Shown: positions 39,220 to 50,290, counted from the first letter of the stretch. The stretch is 64,000 nt of DNA from Nitrospiraceae bacterium (GCA_050246315.1 JBFWWG010000001.1:32001-96000); one strand, 5' to 3'. Notes: generated by a model not told the origin, from the sequence alone. Numbers and translations: made by a program.

Positions 39220-41126
39220 ACCGGAGCCTCCTTCTCAGCACCAAGTCGTCTCACTTCAACCACATCCGCACCGAACAGGGCGAGCGCTTCCTTCACGAGC
39301 GGGTGTGCACGGGTGCGCTCAAACAGGAGCGTCGCTTCCTCTTGCCGACGGGCGGCCCGTGCTTCGGCCATCGTGGGGCCCGCAGGAGCAGATGCTGTCA
39401 GCTCGGTAATGCGAACCGTGACCGGGCAGCCGGCGAGGGATTCAGCAACCGACTGCATGACGCGAAGATTATCCTCTTTTTCCATCATGGCCCGAGCCAC
39501 CGACTCGGTTCTGGCGTATCCGAGCACGACTTCCTCACGCTTTAGGTCCAGGAGCCGTCCCCGCTCAAGAAAGGACGCAATGCTTGGGTGAGCGGCAGCA
39601 ATACGCTCGACGAACTGTTCCCACTTCAGCGCAGGGAGTAACGGTTGTTCGGCCGCACGTAAGGCCATATGCGCGGCCCCTGCAGGCTCATCCTCGGACC
39701 GGCCCATGCCATCCTTGGCCGTCAGCACAGCCGCGTCGATGACCGCAGGCTTATTCGCCTGCGTCGCTCCTGTCAGACCCACCGGCGTGACCGGTCTGGC
39801 ACCCTGCGACTTGAGGGACCTGGCAGGCGCTGAATGGCCCCTGTCGCCCCCCCGAACGGGGGTTGGCTCGGGCGGACGCGGTTTCGCCGGGCTCGGGTTG
39901 GTGACAACTGGACCGGCCAGAATTCCTGCCCGGACCGGAGCTGATGAGGCAGAGGACGGAACCCTGGCAGGAGAGCGCATCGCCGTCGGGAGCGGTGTGG
40001 GAGTGTCGGTCATAGGCGATGCAGCGACCTCCGCCAGTCTCGTCGCCCGAATTGCGGTTGCCTCCAAGGAAAACCGCGGGTGTACGCTCAAGCGCAGGGT
40101 GTCTTCAGTCTGTGAAAACACCTGAAAGATCTGCTGTAGCCGACTGGCGGAAAACCGTGAGGCTTCCTCTAACAACGGCGGCAACTCCTCGTCCGCCGCC
40201 TCCACCAGTCCCCGAAGCTCCTGCACGGACGGCACGACCGACGCCACCAGCAGATTGCGCAGGTACTCCACCACATCCGCGCAAAATGCCCGAAGATCCT
40301 GCCCCTGTTCCAGCAGGGCAGCAATGACCTCCACGGCGGCCAGACTGTCGCACCGTTCAAGGGCCTGAACGAATGATCGCACCAACTCCACCGGAACCAC
40401 GCCGAGCAACTGCTCCAGGTCGTCATGGTTGATCGCCTTGCCGCAGAGCGCGATGGCTTGATCAAACAGGCTGAGCGCGTCCCGCATGCTGCCTTCGCTC
40501 GCCCGTGCGAGAAGCGTCAAACTCCTTGGCTCGACGGACACACCATCCTGAGCCGCCACGAGCGCCAGCCGCTCGACGATCTCCGTCCTCGGGATCCGCC
40601 GAAAACTATAGTGCTGGCAGCGAGACAGAATCGTGGCCGGAATCTTGTGCAATTCCGTCGTGGCAAAAATAAAGACGACATGAGCTGGGGGCTCCTCCAG
40701 CGTTTTCAGAAGCGCATTGAACGCGGAGTTCGACAGCATATGCACTTCGTCGATGATGTAGACTCGATAGGCCCCTCGAAACGGCGTGAATTTCACATTC
40801 TCGCGAATCTCGCGCACATCATCGACGCTGGTGTTGGACGCTCCATCGATCTCCACCACATCCACCGCGGTCCCTTGAGCAATTTCGGTACAATTGACAC
40901 ACCGGTTACAGGGGTCCCCCGTCGGCCCCTGCTCACAGTTCAGGGCTTTAGCCAGAATGCGCGCAATCGTCGTCTTGCCGACGCCGCGCGAGCCCGAGAA
41001 CAGGAAGGCATGGGCGATTCGTTTGGACGAGACGGCGTTGACCAGAGCTTGCACAACATGGGGCTGGCCGATCACGTCTGAGAACGTGCCCGGCCGATAC
41101 TTTCGTGCTGAGACCTGATAATCCAC
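39216..41126 (-). CDS. dnaX: DNA polymerase III subunit gamma/tau
   Basis: ARKYRP, GSRGVGKT, DEVHML, NALLKTLEEPP, SRC. Confidence 0.97.
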   Translation of the reverse strand: MDYQVSARKYRPGTFSDVIGQPHVVQALVNAVSSKRIAHAFLFSGSRGVGKTTIARILAKALNCEQGPTGDPCNRCVNCTEIAQGTAVDVVEIDGASNTSVDDVREIRENVKFTPFRGAYRVYIIDEVHMLSNSAFNALLKTLEEPPAHVVFIFATTELHKIPATILSRCQHYSFRRIPRTEIVERLALVAAQDGVSVEPRSLTLLARASEGSMRDALSLFDQAIALCGKAINHDDLEQLLGVVPVELVRSFVQALERCDSLAAVEVIAALLEQGQDLRAFCADVVEYLRNLLVASVVPSVQELRGLVEAADEELPPLLEEASRFSASRLQQIFQVFSQTEDTLRLSVHPRFSLEATAIRATRLAEVAASPMTDTPTPLPTAMRSPARVPSSASSAPVRAGILAGPVVTNPSPAKPRPPEPTPVRGGDRGHSAPARSLKSQGARPVTPVGLTGATQANKPAVIDAAVLTAKDGMGRSEDEPAGAAHMALRAAEQPLLPALKWEQFVERIAAAHPSIASFLERGRLLDLKREEVVLGYARTESVARAMMEKEDNLRVMQSVAESLAGCPVTVRITELTASAPAGPTMAEARAARRQEEATLLFERTRAHPLVKEALALFGADVVEVRRLGAEKEAPV

Positions 41127-41243
41127 GGTCGCGACGCTCCAGCGCTCAGGGCTGAGTGGTAAGTGCTGAGCTGAGAGCGAGGACTCCTCGGTTTCGCTCG
41201 GTGCTCAGCCTTGTGTCCTCGGCACGAGCCGAAGGCGGAGAGT

Positions 41244-41344
41244 GGGGCCAGGTGATCCTGCGGCACACAGACTCGCCCGCTTACCGTTGCTTCCTTCCGG
41301 ACCTGGCGGGGTTCACAGGATTCTGTTGCACAGGGCCCAGCCCC
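41244..41344 (-). ncRNA. ffs: Small signal recognition particle RNA (4.5S)
   Basis: Minus strand contains CCAGGTCCGGAAGGAAGCAACGG (domain IV) within a GGGGC...GCCCC stem; located upstream of dnaX. Confidence 0.93.
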
Positions 41345-41454
41345 TAGAGTTCATTTTTTCAGAGAATCCATAAAAAACAGCCGCTGAAGGTTTTCTCCGG
41401 CGCCAAAAATTCGATAACCCGATAAAGAGGCGCCGGCTCTAGCGAAGCGTGGTA

Positions 41455-41544
41455 TGGCGGAGAGGGTGGGATTCGAACCCACGGAACCGTTACCAGTTCA
41501 CGTGCTCTCCAGGCACGCCGATTCGTCCACTCTCGCACCTCTCC
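41455..41544 (-). tRNA. tRNA-Ser(GGA)
   Basis: CGTGC-CTGGAGA-GCACG anticodon arm, long variable arm, GGTTCGAATCC, CCA. Confidence 0.95.
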
Positions 41545-41908
41545 GCACGCTACGGGCATGAAACGCGGCATCTTAACACGCGCCTCCGAGACCGGCAAGG
41601 CGATGCCACTCGGACAAACTACAGATGGCAGCACCCCTTCACTCATCCGAATTATCGCATCATCCCGCAGACGCGCTCATTCCATCCGCCAATTCGAAGA
41701 CCTGCGGCATAGCGAGGTCGTCGGCCGAGGACCGGCCGCTCGGATCATACAATTCCAAACTGGCGAGCCGGTCTTCAGGTGAAGGTAGGTGTAGAAAGCC
41801 CGATGCGTTATCCCCCCTGAAGGGTCCACCTCCACCGTTCGGTGGGATCCCATGCTCGCTCTCACCCACGTCTGTTCCTTCAGGCTGAAAATGGGCCGGA
41901 CTCTTCGG

Positions 41909-41938
41909 TTGACACATCTACATGGGCGGGGGTAGAAG
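41909..41938 (+). promoter_or_regulatory. Putative sigma70 promoter for tRNA-Leu-tig-clpP-clpX
   Basis: TTGACA-N18-TAGAAG; the -10 is imperfect. Confidence 0.45.
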
Positions 41939-41975
41939 GAAGCTAGCTTGTCGCGGAAACCACCGAATTGGAGCT

Positions 41976-42058
41976 GCGAGAGTGGCGGAACTGGCAGACG
42001 CGCGAGACTTAGGATCTCGTGGGCAACCGTGAGGGTTCAAGTCCCTCCTCTCGCACCA
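41976..42058 (+). tRNA. tRNA-Leu(TAG)
   Basis: CGAGA-CTTAGGA-TCTCG anticodon arm, GGTTCAAGTCC, CCA. Confidence 0.95.
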
Positions 42059-42128
42059 TGATGAAGCCGAACACCATCATCGAACCAGCCACCTGAACAA
42101 CCAATCGAGTGCAAGGTTTTAAGGTATC

Positions 42129-43454
42129 ATGAAGGTTGAAATGACTGAACTCGGCCCCGTGAAACGGGCCATCAGGATCGAAGTCCCTGAGGAAGAAGTG
42201 AAGGAACGGTTCCGGCGCGCTTACGCAGAACTTAATCGCCAGGTCCAGGTGCCGGGCTTTCGGCCGGGAAAGGCGCCGGTCTCCCTTCTGGAGCGGCGCT
42301 ATGCGAAATCGGTCGAAGAAGATGTCATTCGAACGCTCGTTCCTGAATATTACGATCGGGCGGTCCGCCAAACCGGCATTCATCCTGTCGTGGTGGACAT
42401 CCCGCCGATCGATCGAGTGAAGATTAAGAAGGACGCATCCTTCGCGTTTACCGCAACGGTGGAGATTCGGCCGAAGATCGAGCTCCGAGACTACCGGCCG
42501 CCCAATCCGATCTCGCTGAAGCCGGATAAGCGAAGTGTGACGGACGAACAGTTAACAAAGGCTCTCGATGTACTTCGCGAACAACAGGCCCAGTTGCAGC
42601 CAGCCCCTCCTGGGGTACCCTTGAAGGAAGGGGACTTTGCTGTGCTGGATGTGGAGGGCTTTCTGGAACAACAAGCCCTCGACGGCACAAAAAAGCAGGG
42701 GCATTTGCATCGTATCGGCTCGAAGCTGCCCGTCCTAGGCCTTGAGATCGATCACCACCTCACCGGACAGGTTGAGGGAGCCCACATCGAAATCCCCCAG
42801 AGCTATCCATCCACCCATCCGGACCAGAGAGTCGCTGGCAAAACGGTGACGTTTCGCCTCGCAATCGTGTCGGCGAAACACAAGACGCTACCGGCGTTAG
42901 ACGATGAGTTCGCCAAGGACTGCGGCCCATACACCAGCCTGGACGAACTCAAGGACAAACTTCGTGACCAAATGGAGAAGGCGCTGAAGCGGGACATCGA
43001 GGATGGGTATAAAGAGCAAATCATGAAGCGGCTCGTGGAAACCCATCACTTCGATCTGCCTCAGGTGCTCGTCGATCGGGAAGTCACGGCCATGGTGCGC
43101 TCACAGCTTCATGCTCGTCACCAGAAGCGAGGCGGAGGAGACGAGTCCGACGAACAGACTCTGCGGCCCGAGGAGCTAAAGAAGCTTCAGGAGGATGCGC
43201 TGCCGGAAGCCTCGCGGCGGGTGAAGCTCGGGCTCATTCTGGACGCAGTCGCGGAGAAGGAAGGTCTCCGAGTCGAGGAAGCCGATCTCCAATCCGAGAT
43301 TGCGCGAATGGCCGCGGAGCTGAAGATCGACCAACCGGAACTGCAACGGATCATTCAGGCTGGCGGAAACGATTCTCGTGATGAGTTACAGAGCCGGATT
43401 CTCGCCGACAAGGCACTCGATTTTGTCTATCGACATGCGGTGATTCAAGGGTAG
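42129..43454 (+). CDS. tig: Trigger factor
   Basis: [10 protein letters not shown] ribosome-binding motif; LDDEFAK. Confidence 0.96.
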   Translation: MKVEMTELGPVKRAIRIEVPEEEVKERFRRAYAELNRQVQVPGFRPGKAPVSLLERRYAKSVEEDVIRTLVPEYYDRAVRQTGIHPVVVDIPPIDRVKIKKDASFAFTATVEIRPKIELRDYRPPNPISLKPDKRSVTDEQLTKALDVLREQQAQLQPAPPGVPLKEGDFAVLDVEGFLEQQALDGTKKQGHLHRIGSKLPVLGLEIDHHLTGQVEGAHIEIPQSYPSTHPDQRVAGKTVTFRLAIVSAKHKTLPALDDEFAKDCGPYTSLDELKDKLRDQMEKALKRDIEDGYKEQIMKRLVETHHFDLPQVLVDREVTAMVRSQLHARHQKRGGGDESDEQTLRPEELKKLQEDALPEASRRVKLGLILDAVAEKEGLRVEEADLQSEIARMAAELKIDQPELQRIIQAGGNDSRDELQSRILADKALDFVYRHAVIQG

Positions 43455-43537
43455 TCCCACGACCAAGTCATGGTTGGGGCAGCCCCAGCGGGGCCGCTGT
43501 AGCGCCCCGCAACGGAAGAAAGAAAGGAACGGAGTGC

Positions 43538-44158
43538 ATGCTGGTACCGATCGTGATCGAGCAGACCAACCGGGGAGAACGAGCCTATGACATTTACTCC
43601 CGGCTGTTGAAGGATCGGATCATATTTCTGGGAGCGCCGATCGACGACATCTTCGCGAATCTGATCATCGCGCAGCTCTTGTTTCTGGAGGCCGAAGATC
43701 CGGAGAAAGACATCAATCTCTACGTCAACTCACCCGGCGGCAGCGTGACAGCCGGACTGGGGATTTACGACACCATGCAGTACGTGAAGCCGCCGATCAA
43801 CACCATCTGCCTCGGGCAGGCGGCCAGCATGGGCGCGCTGCTCCTGGCCGCTGGGACGAAAGGAAAACGGTTCGCGCTTCCGAACGCTAGGGTGATGATC
43901 CATCAGCCGATGGGCGGATTCCAGGGACAGGCCACGGAGATCGACATCCACGCGCGGGAGATCCTGAAGATCCGCGAGCGTCTCAACGACATTCTGGCCA
44001 AGCACACGGGGCAACCGCTGGAGAAGATCGCCCTGGACACCGAGCGCGATTACTTCATGTCCGGCGAGGAAGCCAAGCGATACGGACTTATCGACGAAGT
44101 CATCACCCGACCCCCGAAAATGCTGAAAGAGACCGGGGGGCTCACCGCGAGCAAGTAG
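43538..44158 (+). CDS. clpP: Clp protease proteolytic subunit
   Basis: [23 protein letters not shown]. Confidence 0.98.
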   Translation: MLVPIVIEQTNRGERAYDIYSRLLKDRIIFLGAPIDDIFANLIIAQLLFLEAEDPEKDINLYVNSPGGSVTAGLGIYDTMQYVKPPINTICLGQAASMGALLLAAGTKGKRFALPNARVMIHQPMGGFQGQATEIDIHAREILKIRERLNDILAKHTGQPLEKIALDTERDYFMSGEEAKRYGLIDEVITRPPKMLKETGGLTASK

Positions 44159-44195
44159 TCCGGAGCAGAGGTCACTCGTTACACCAGGAGGCCGC

Positions 44196-45446
44196 ATGGC
44201 GAAGCAGGACAAGATGGACCGCCACTTACGCTGTTCCTTTTGCGGAAAAAGTCGGGATGAGGTGCGCAAGCTGATCGCCGGGCCGACCGTCTACATCTGC
44301 GACGAGTGCGTCAATCTTTGTAACGACATCATTGCGGAGGACTGGGAGGAAGCGAAAGAGGAGATCTCCTCGAAACTGAGGAAGCCCTCCGAAATCAAGC
44401 ACCACCTCGACCAGTATGTGATTGGTCAGGATCGGGCAAAGAAGATCCTCTCCGTCGCCGTCCACAACCACTATAAGCGCATTTCCAGCAAGGACGTGGA
44501 CGAGGTCGAACTGCAGAAGGGGAACATCCTGATGATTGGGCCTACAGGGACAGGCAAGACCCTACTTGCCCAGACTCTCGCCCGCTATCTGGACGTTCCC
44601 TTTACGCTCGCAGACGCCACAACACTGACAGAAGCCGGCTATGTGGGGGAGGATGTGGAAAACATCATCCTCAAACTCTTGCAAGCCGCCGACTATGACG
44701 TGGAACGGGCGGAGCGGGGCATCGTCTACATCGATGAAATCGACAAGATCAGCCGAAAGAGCGATAGTCCGTCCATCACGCGCGACGTGTCCGGCGAAGG
44801 TGTGCAGCAGGCATTGCTCAAGCTGATCGAGGGAACCGTCGCCAATGTTCCGCCACAGGGGGGGCGAAAGCACCCTCACCAGGAATTCATCCAGGTCAAT
44901 ACGGGTAACATCCTCTTTATCTGCGGAGGCGCCTTCGTCGGGCTTGAAAACATCATCGAGCAGCGCCTCAACCGTAAACAGATGGGATTCGGCGCGGACA
45001 TTCGAAGCCGCAAGGATGTGCGCCTCGGAGATGTCCTGGCGAAGGTGCAACCGGAGGACCTGTTGAAGTACGGATTGATTCCGGAGTTCATCGGGCGCCT
45101 GCCGGTGATTGCGACCCTCGAAGAACTGGACGAGCGGGCCTTGATCCGCATTCTCACCGAACCTCGCAACGCCCTGACCAAGCAGTATGAGAAGTTGCTT
45201 TCATTCGAGAAGGTCAAACTGAAGCTTACCGACGGCGCACTCAACGCCGTCGCCAAAAAGGCCTATGCGCAGAAGACCGGTGCCCGCGGCTTGCGCGCGA
45301 TCCTGGAAGAAGTCATGTTGGATGTCATGTACGATGTCCCTTCCCAGAAACAGATCAAGGAAATCATCGTGACCGAGGAAGTCGTAGAAGGAAAGAACGT
45401 GCCAATCCGGATTTTCGAGCACGACAAGGACATCAAGAGCGCCTAG
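44196..45446 (+). CDS. clpX: Clp protease ATP-binding subunit ClpX
   Basis: CSFC...CDEC zinc domain, [18 protein letters not shown]. Confidence 0.98.
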   Translation: MAKQDKMDRHLRCSFCGKSRDEVRKLIAGPTVYICDECVNLCNDIIAEDWEEAKEEISSKLRKPSEIKHHLDQYVIGQDRAKKILSVAVHNHYKRISSKDVDEVELQKGNILMIGPTGTGKTLLAQTLARYLDVPFTLADATTLTEAGYVGEDVENIILKLLQAADYDVERAERGIVYIDEIDKISRKSDSPSITRDVSGEGVQQALLKLIEGTVANVPPQGGRKHPHQEFIQVNTGNILFICGGAFVGLENIIEQRLNRKQMGFGADIRSRKDVRLGDVLAKVQPEDLLKYGLIPEFIGRLPVIATLEELDERALIRILTEPRNALTKQYEKLLSFEKVKLKLTDGALNAVAKKAYAQKTGARGLRAILEEVMLDVMYDVPSQKQIKEIIVTEEVVEGKNVPIRIFEHDKDIKSA

Positions 45447-45703
45447 CCTGAACGCCGACACACTACACTCTCTGCCTACTACCACGGGTTCGGGCGACCA
45501 TTGGTGCTCTCGCCGACCAGCCACATCTCCGTTCCAGGACTCTCGACGTGTCGGCTTCTCGATGCACTGACGTCGTGTCAGGCGATGACGAGGTCGGTCA
45601 TGCGACCGGTCTTGGGCTTCCGGTGCTGATTGAGCCATTCGTTCCTAGAGTCACGTTTTTGTTCGACAATTCAACGGCCTGCGCTATACTTCCTCTTGGG
45701 ATC

Positions 45704-46237
45704 ATGGCCACGGCACGAGACAATCTCAAGCATTCGGTTCCGGCTAACCGCCGCCACAGCGGCAAAACCCTGGAAATGGACCTCGAACACGAGGTCCTGA
45801 TCCTCCGCGGGGCTAGCGGCGAACTGATCGGCAGCATCTCGTGGGATTCGATCATTGAACAGGTGCTCGCCTACCATGAATCACGCCCACCCCAAGAGGA
45901 TCGGCGTGAACCCCGCGTCTCCCTCGCTCTGCGTGTGCGGTATCGGACCCCGGAAGGGCAGACCTTTGAGAGTCGGGCGGGAGGCATCGGCGGTGGAGGG
46001 ATCTTCATCGAAAGTGAAGACCCTCTGGCGATCGGAACAAATCTGTATATCGAATTCGCCTTCCCCGAACGCCCGACCGATTGGTTGACCGCCCGCGGCA
46101 TTGTCGCTTGGGTATGTCCCAAAGCCGATCAATACACCTTTTCACCGGGCATGGGCATCAAGTTCAATGAAATCGCTCCCGACGTACGGAACCGGATCAT
46201 CGATCTGGTGCGCTCGCTGAGAACTGCAGGGTTCTAA
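45704..46237 (+). CDS. PilZ-domain protein (TIGR02266-like), paralogue 1
   Basis: RREPR, GGIGGGGIFIES, G.VAW, PGMGIKF. Confidence 0.85.
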   Translation: MATARDNLKHSVPANRRHSGKTLEMDLEHEVLILRGASGELIGSISWDSIIEQVLAYHESRPPQEDRREPRVSLALRVRYRTPEGQTFESRAGGIGGGGIFIESEDPLAIGTNLYIEFAFPERPTDWLTARGIVAWVCPKADQYTFSPGMGIKFNEIAPDVRNRIIDLVRSLRTAGF

Positions 46238-46283
46238 CCGTCATCCGCCCCCCTGTGCGTTACGGGAGACCGGGCTCCCCTTC

Positions 46284-46802
46284 ATGAGATTTCCGATCCT
46301 TTCGACGCAATATCATCAGGGCAAGACCTTGGAGATCGACTGCGATCGCGAAACGGTCGCCCTCTACGACCTTGGCGGGCATCACATCGGCACCCTCACC
46401 TGGGCCTGGGTGATCGACCGAATCCTTTCGACTCAGGACGGGGACGAATACGCACATGCCAGAGCCTATCCACGAGCGCCCCTGGCCATCAAGGTGCATT
46501 GCGTGACATCGGAGGGGAAGGAATTCGAGAGCCTGACGGGCGGCATTGGAGGCGGGGGGCTGTTCATCGAGAGCGGGAGCCCGCTCCAGCCCGGCAGCGA
46601 ACTGACAGTGGAATTTACGCTACCGGATCACCCGAGCGAGAAAATTGCAGCACAAGGTCGTGTGGTCTGGAGACGCACCAAAACTGAGCGACTTCTACTC
46701 TTTCCTGGAATGGGCATTCAGTTCACCGATATCGCCGCGGAGGCCAGAGAGAAGATCGTGCATTTGGTCGAGTCCCTTAACCGGAGCCGGATCCCGACCT
46801 GA
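46284..46802 (+). CDS. PilZ-domain protein (TIGR02266-like), paralogue 2
   Basis: RAYPR, GGIGGGGLFIES, GRVVW, PGMGIQF. Confidence 0.87.
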   Translation: MRFPILSTQYHQGKTLEIDCDRETVALYDLGGHHIGTLTWAWVIDRILSTQDGDEYAHARAYPRAPLAIKVHCVTSEGKEFESLTGGIGGGGLFIESGSPLQPGSELTVEFTLPDHPSEKIAAQGRVVWRRTKTERLLLFPGMGIQFTDIAAEAREKIVHLVESLNRSRIPT

Positions 46803-47577
46803 CCGATTCCACAGCTGCAGCCGCCCAGCGCCGCACCTGACCGTCCCCATCATTGGTTGCAGCCCGTTGCAAGGGCTCGATCACATCCGCGGTTCCAATC
46901 TTCCCCAGTCGAAAGGCCGCCTCCGCCCGTACCGGTGCTGCTGGATCAGAAGTCAACCGGGCCAGAAGCGGAGGGATCGCACGAGCGTCGCCCAGTTCAC
47001 CCAACGCAGCGACAACGGCCTGCCTGACCTCCACATCCTGATCTCCAGAGACCCCTACAAGAGTGGGAAGTATGTCAACCGTAGCCTGGCCGATTAGGGC
47101 ACGAGCCGCAGCTCTGCGCATCCCAGAATTCGATGACTGCAGTGCCGGCAGGAGGCGCCGGGCCGTTCCTTGATCTTGATTCAACTCACTCAGGGCCTGC
47201 GACGCCGCCTGTCGCACCGTCGACACTGGGTCGCTAAGGCTGGCCACAAGGGAGTTCATCGTCTCTGGCGACCCCCCTCCTTCCAGGTTGAGTGTTCCGA
47301 GGGCCCAGGCGCTCCACTGTCGCACCCGGCCATCGTTGTCCTGCAGCCGTTGAAGCAGGATCGGATTCGATTCCACCTTCCCGATTCGTCCAAGGGCCAC
47401 TACCGTCGTGAGCCGTACCTCCGGGTCTCGATCCTCTGCCAATCGGATCAGCCTGTTCATAGTGCCTTGCAGATCGGGATCCGGTGACTGGTTGTGACAA
47501 CCTGACACCAGACCGATAAGGATCAGCGCCTGGACAATCATCCACATGATTCGAACTGGAGGGAGTGCGCGAGACAC
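46777..47577 (-). CDS. HEAT-repeat lipoprotein
   Basis: VSGC lipobox; repeated D...VR..A..ALG units. The start may be at 47547-47541. Confidence 0.85.
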   Translation of the reverse strand: MSRALPPVRIMWMIVQALILIGLVSGCHNQSPDPDLQGTMNRLIRLAEDRDPEVRLTTVVALGRIGKVESNPILLQRLQDNDGRVRQWSAWALGTLNLEGGGSPETMNSLVASLSDPVSTVRQAASQALSELNQDQGTARRLLPALQSSNSGMRRAAARALIGQATVDILPTLVGVSGDQDVEVRQAVVAALGELGDARAIPPLLARLTSDPAAPVRAEAAFRLGKIGTADVIEPLQRAATNDGDGQVRRWAAAAVESVRSGSGSG

Positions 47578-47603
47578 GAAATCGATAGGGGCAGCGATCA
47601 GGC

Positions 47604-48440
47604 CTATTTCGGCGGGGTGTCCTCGTGGACCGCTGGCATCTGCTTGGCCACTTCGACCGAGTCCTGGATTTCCTTTTGCGCGGCATCGACTTCCGTTTGA
47701 AAAACCCTGACCTGAGGCTCAATGGCTCCTCGTATTTCGGCCGTCGTCTCGCGGACCAGACGAAACGCTTCGCCCAACCCTTGGCCAAAATCCTGCATGT
47801 CCTGTGGACTCAGGCCGGCAGGCTGTGAGGAGCCGTGAGCCTGCTTATTGGCACGCATGGCAACCTGTTGAGCCTGCACCCGGGCCACCGCTTCTTTGTT
47901 CACGATCGCCGAGGGACGTTTGGTCGCCGGCTTTGCCTGAGCGGTTGGAGGAACCGGAGGATAGGAAGCCCGCATCGCCACCGTCGGCTGTGTAAGCCGC
48001 TCCTCCATGGTCGGCGGTTGATGAGATGGGGAGGGTGATGCAGCAGACTGTTGAATGGGCGGGGAGATGGTCAGCACGGCCGGCTTCGGTGGCGCCTGGT
48101 ACGCCTGTGGCGCCGCAGCTGCCATCACGGCGGCTGTCGTTCCCGGCGTCAGCTCAGGTCCGGGCGTATAGGGCGCCGTCGGCTGAGGCGGCGGAATCGC
48201 CGGCGTCGCGTCTGCTCTCGGGTGTGCCGCCGTCGCCGTTGCCAAGTTGGCCTCCGGTGTGGCCTCGACAGTCTGTGAGGCCGGCTCGGCCTGCGGCAAC
48301 GGCTCCTGGACCTCTTTCTTGAACCCCTTTAAAGCCTTCCCGATACCCTCTCCAATTTGAGGCAACCGGCCAGCCCCGAAGATGATCAGGATGATGACAA
48401 GGATAATGATGAGTTCGGAGAACCCCATCGTACCGAACAT
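47604..48440 (-). CDS. tatA: TatA/E-family translocase subunit with a very long C-terminal extension
   Basis: [38 protein letters not shown] is a canonical TatA N-terminus; total 278 aa. Confidence 0.8.
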   Translation of the reverse strand: MFGTMGFSELIIILVIILIIFGAGRLPQIGEGIGKALKGFKKEVQEPLPQAEPASQTVEATPEANLATATAAHPRADATPAIPPPQPTAPYTPGPELTPGTTAAVMAAAAPQAYQAPPKPAVLTISPPIQQSAASPSPSHQPPTMEERLTQPTVAMRASYPPVPPTAQAKPATKRPSAIVNKEAVARVQAQQVAMRANKQAHGSSQPAGLSPQDMQDFGQGLGEAFRLVRETTAEIRGAIEPQVRVFQTEVDAAQKEIQDSVEVAKQMPAVHEDTPPK

Positions 48441-48623
48441 CGGGTCACCTACGACGGTTTCAGTATGAAAACCCCATCGAGACCGCAGGTCTCCTTCTGG
48501 CCTCCCCCGGCACACGTCACTCTATCTGGGGCCTGTCAGAAGTGTCAAGACAGCAGCCCCGGTCTTGGGGCCACACTCAGGCTTTTAGCAGGGACACGGA
48601 AGCCCATGGCAGCAGTCGGTTGG

Positions 48624-49850
48624 CTACAACCCCAGAATTGGAATGATCTCAGTTTGAAGCGGAAGCCCAAACACCAAGGCGTCCCGGCCGTCGAGATAGA
48701 CATCCAGCTCACTCCGGATGCCGAAGTCGCCCGGAAGGTAAATACCCGGTTCAATCGAAAAACAGGTGTGATTCAGGAGCCGTCGAAGATCCCGTGTCTC
48801 CAGATTATCGATGTTGGCTCCGTTGCCGTGAACCTCTTCGCCGATCGAATGACCGGTGCGATGGACAAACTGCTCGCCATAGCCCGCCTCGTTGATCACC
48901 ATGCGACACACATCGTCCACCTCCCACCCGCAAGGCCAGTCGTCTGATCGGATACGCCGGCGCACAAATTGAAGCGCCGTGTCGCGAGCAAGGCGCACGA
49001 TGTGAAAGACCTCCTGCTGGCGAGACGGGACCTTCGGCCCCACAAAACCGGTCCAGGTAATGTCGGCATAGACCGAGCCGGCGGCCGGAGCTTTGGCCCA
49101 CAGATCGATCAGGAGCAGGTCGCCTTTCGAGATCGGCATGGACGATGCGGCGCTCGGTCCGTAGTGGGGATCGGCGCTGTGGGCGTTGACCGCCACGATC
49201 GGTGGGCTGGATGTCACCACGCCATGGTACTGAAAACGTCCCAGCATGAACTGTTGCAGTTGGTACTCGGTCAACTCTTGCCCGCGGGTGACCGCCTCGG
49301 CGACCTCCCGGAAGGTCTCATCGACCACCAGTCGCAGGACTTTCGCCGCCGCGCGATGTGCGGCCAACTGCTCCTGATTCCAGACCGCTTCGAACTGCTG
49401 GACCAGATCAGCCGACGTTACTGGTTCGACTCCGATGCTGCGGATCAGCTCGACGGTGCCGGCATCGACCCGCGCAACGTAAGGAATGGCGTTCATTGGC
49501 GAATACTGCATGGCGACCCGCGCCCCACGTGGAAGCATGCTGCGCAGACGATCGTGTTGCTCTTGCCACGAGACGTAGGTCAACGTCTTGCCCGGTAACG
49601 CATCGAGCACATGCGGTTCGATGCGATGGCTCAGTTTCACCGGTTGTCCATCTGCCGGCACCCAATAGTACCATCGCCTGGTGACGTGCTGGGCGGGATC
49701 CAGGAGCAGAATCCGATAGGCGATGGAGTCGCTATGTCGGAAATCATAGAACAGCCACCCATCCAACCCGGCCAAACCTGTCGATCCCGCAGCGCGTCGG
49801 AGGGCCGTCTGAATGTCGGTCACACGTTGATGCCTATCCTCTATCGCCAT
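48624..49850 (-). CDS. M24-family Xaa-Pro aminopeptidase
   Basis: DPHY, IDLW, YADIT, HRTGHSIG, EPGIY, RSE. Confidence 0.92.
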   Translation of the reverse strand: MAIEDRHQRVTDIQTALRRAAGSTGLAGLDGWLFYDFRHSDSIAYRILLLDPAQHVTRRWYYWVPADGQPVKLSHRIEPHVLDALPGKTLTYVSWQEQHDRLRSMLPRGARVAMQYSPMNAIPYVARVDAGTVELIRSIGVEPVTSADLVQQFEAVWNQEQLAAHRAAAKVLRLVVDETFREVAEAVTRGQELTEYQLQQFMLGRFQYHGVVTSSPPIVAVNAHSADPHYGPSAASSMPISKGDLLLIDLWAKAPAAGSVYADITWTGFVGPKVPSRQQEVFHIVRLARDTALQFVRRRIRSDDWPCGWEVDDVCRMVINEAGYGEQFVHRTGHSIGEEVHGNGANIDNLETRDLRRLLNHTCFSIEPGIYLPGDFGIRSELDVYLDGRDALVFGLPLQTEIIPILGL

Positions 49851-49900
49851 ACCGGCATCTTAGCTTCGCGATCGACCGGCGTCAAAGCAGACGCCCCAGT

Positions 49901-50238
49901 CGGATGGTGAAAAAGTTCTCCAGCCTTGTTGGGGCACCCATTGCGGTCATCTCTTCATGCAAGGCGTTCAATGCGAAGAGGCTTAACCCTGAAGGGGTTT
50001 CTCCGCTCGCCACGAACTATCCGATGGGCGAGCGGATCACACGAAGTGCGGTATGTACCTCCTTGCCTCCTCGTTCGCTGCGGCCGCGCCCACGGAGAGC
50101 CGCGTCTTGGCGCGCCGGGGTGGGCGGGTGAGATGGCGGACTTTTTGACCATCCTGCACGGGATTCTGAGATCGTCCGTGATCCCTCGTTGGGGCCGGCT
50201 TTCACGGGTGCTCGAAGGGGTTATCAACAGCCTGCTGG
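49901..50238 (-). mobile_element. MITE-like dispersed repeat, copy D (long form, reverse orientation)
   Basis: Minus strand reads CAGCAGGCTGTTGATAA ... GCAGGATGGTCAAAAAG ... CTTTTTCACCATCCG. Confidence 0.7.
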
Positions 50239-50290
50239 AGCCGGAAGAAGCGTGAACGGTTCATTATCCGTGATGGTAGAATACGGCATC

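Noticed and set aside
39216..41126. Programmed -1 frameshift in dnaX
   Set aside because: No A AAA AAG or long A run was seen; the longest noted is GAAAAAG near 39475-39481.
41600..41917. Small ORFs between tRNA-Ser and tRNA-Leu
   Set aside because: Overlapping short frames with no motif; the region more likely holds divergent tRNA promoters.
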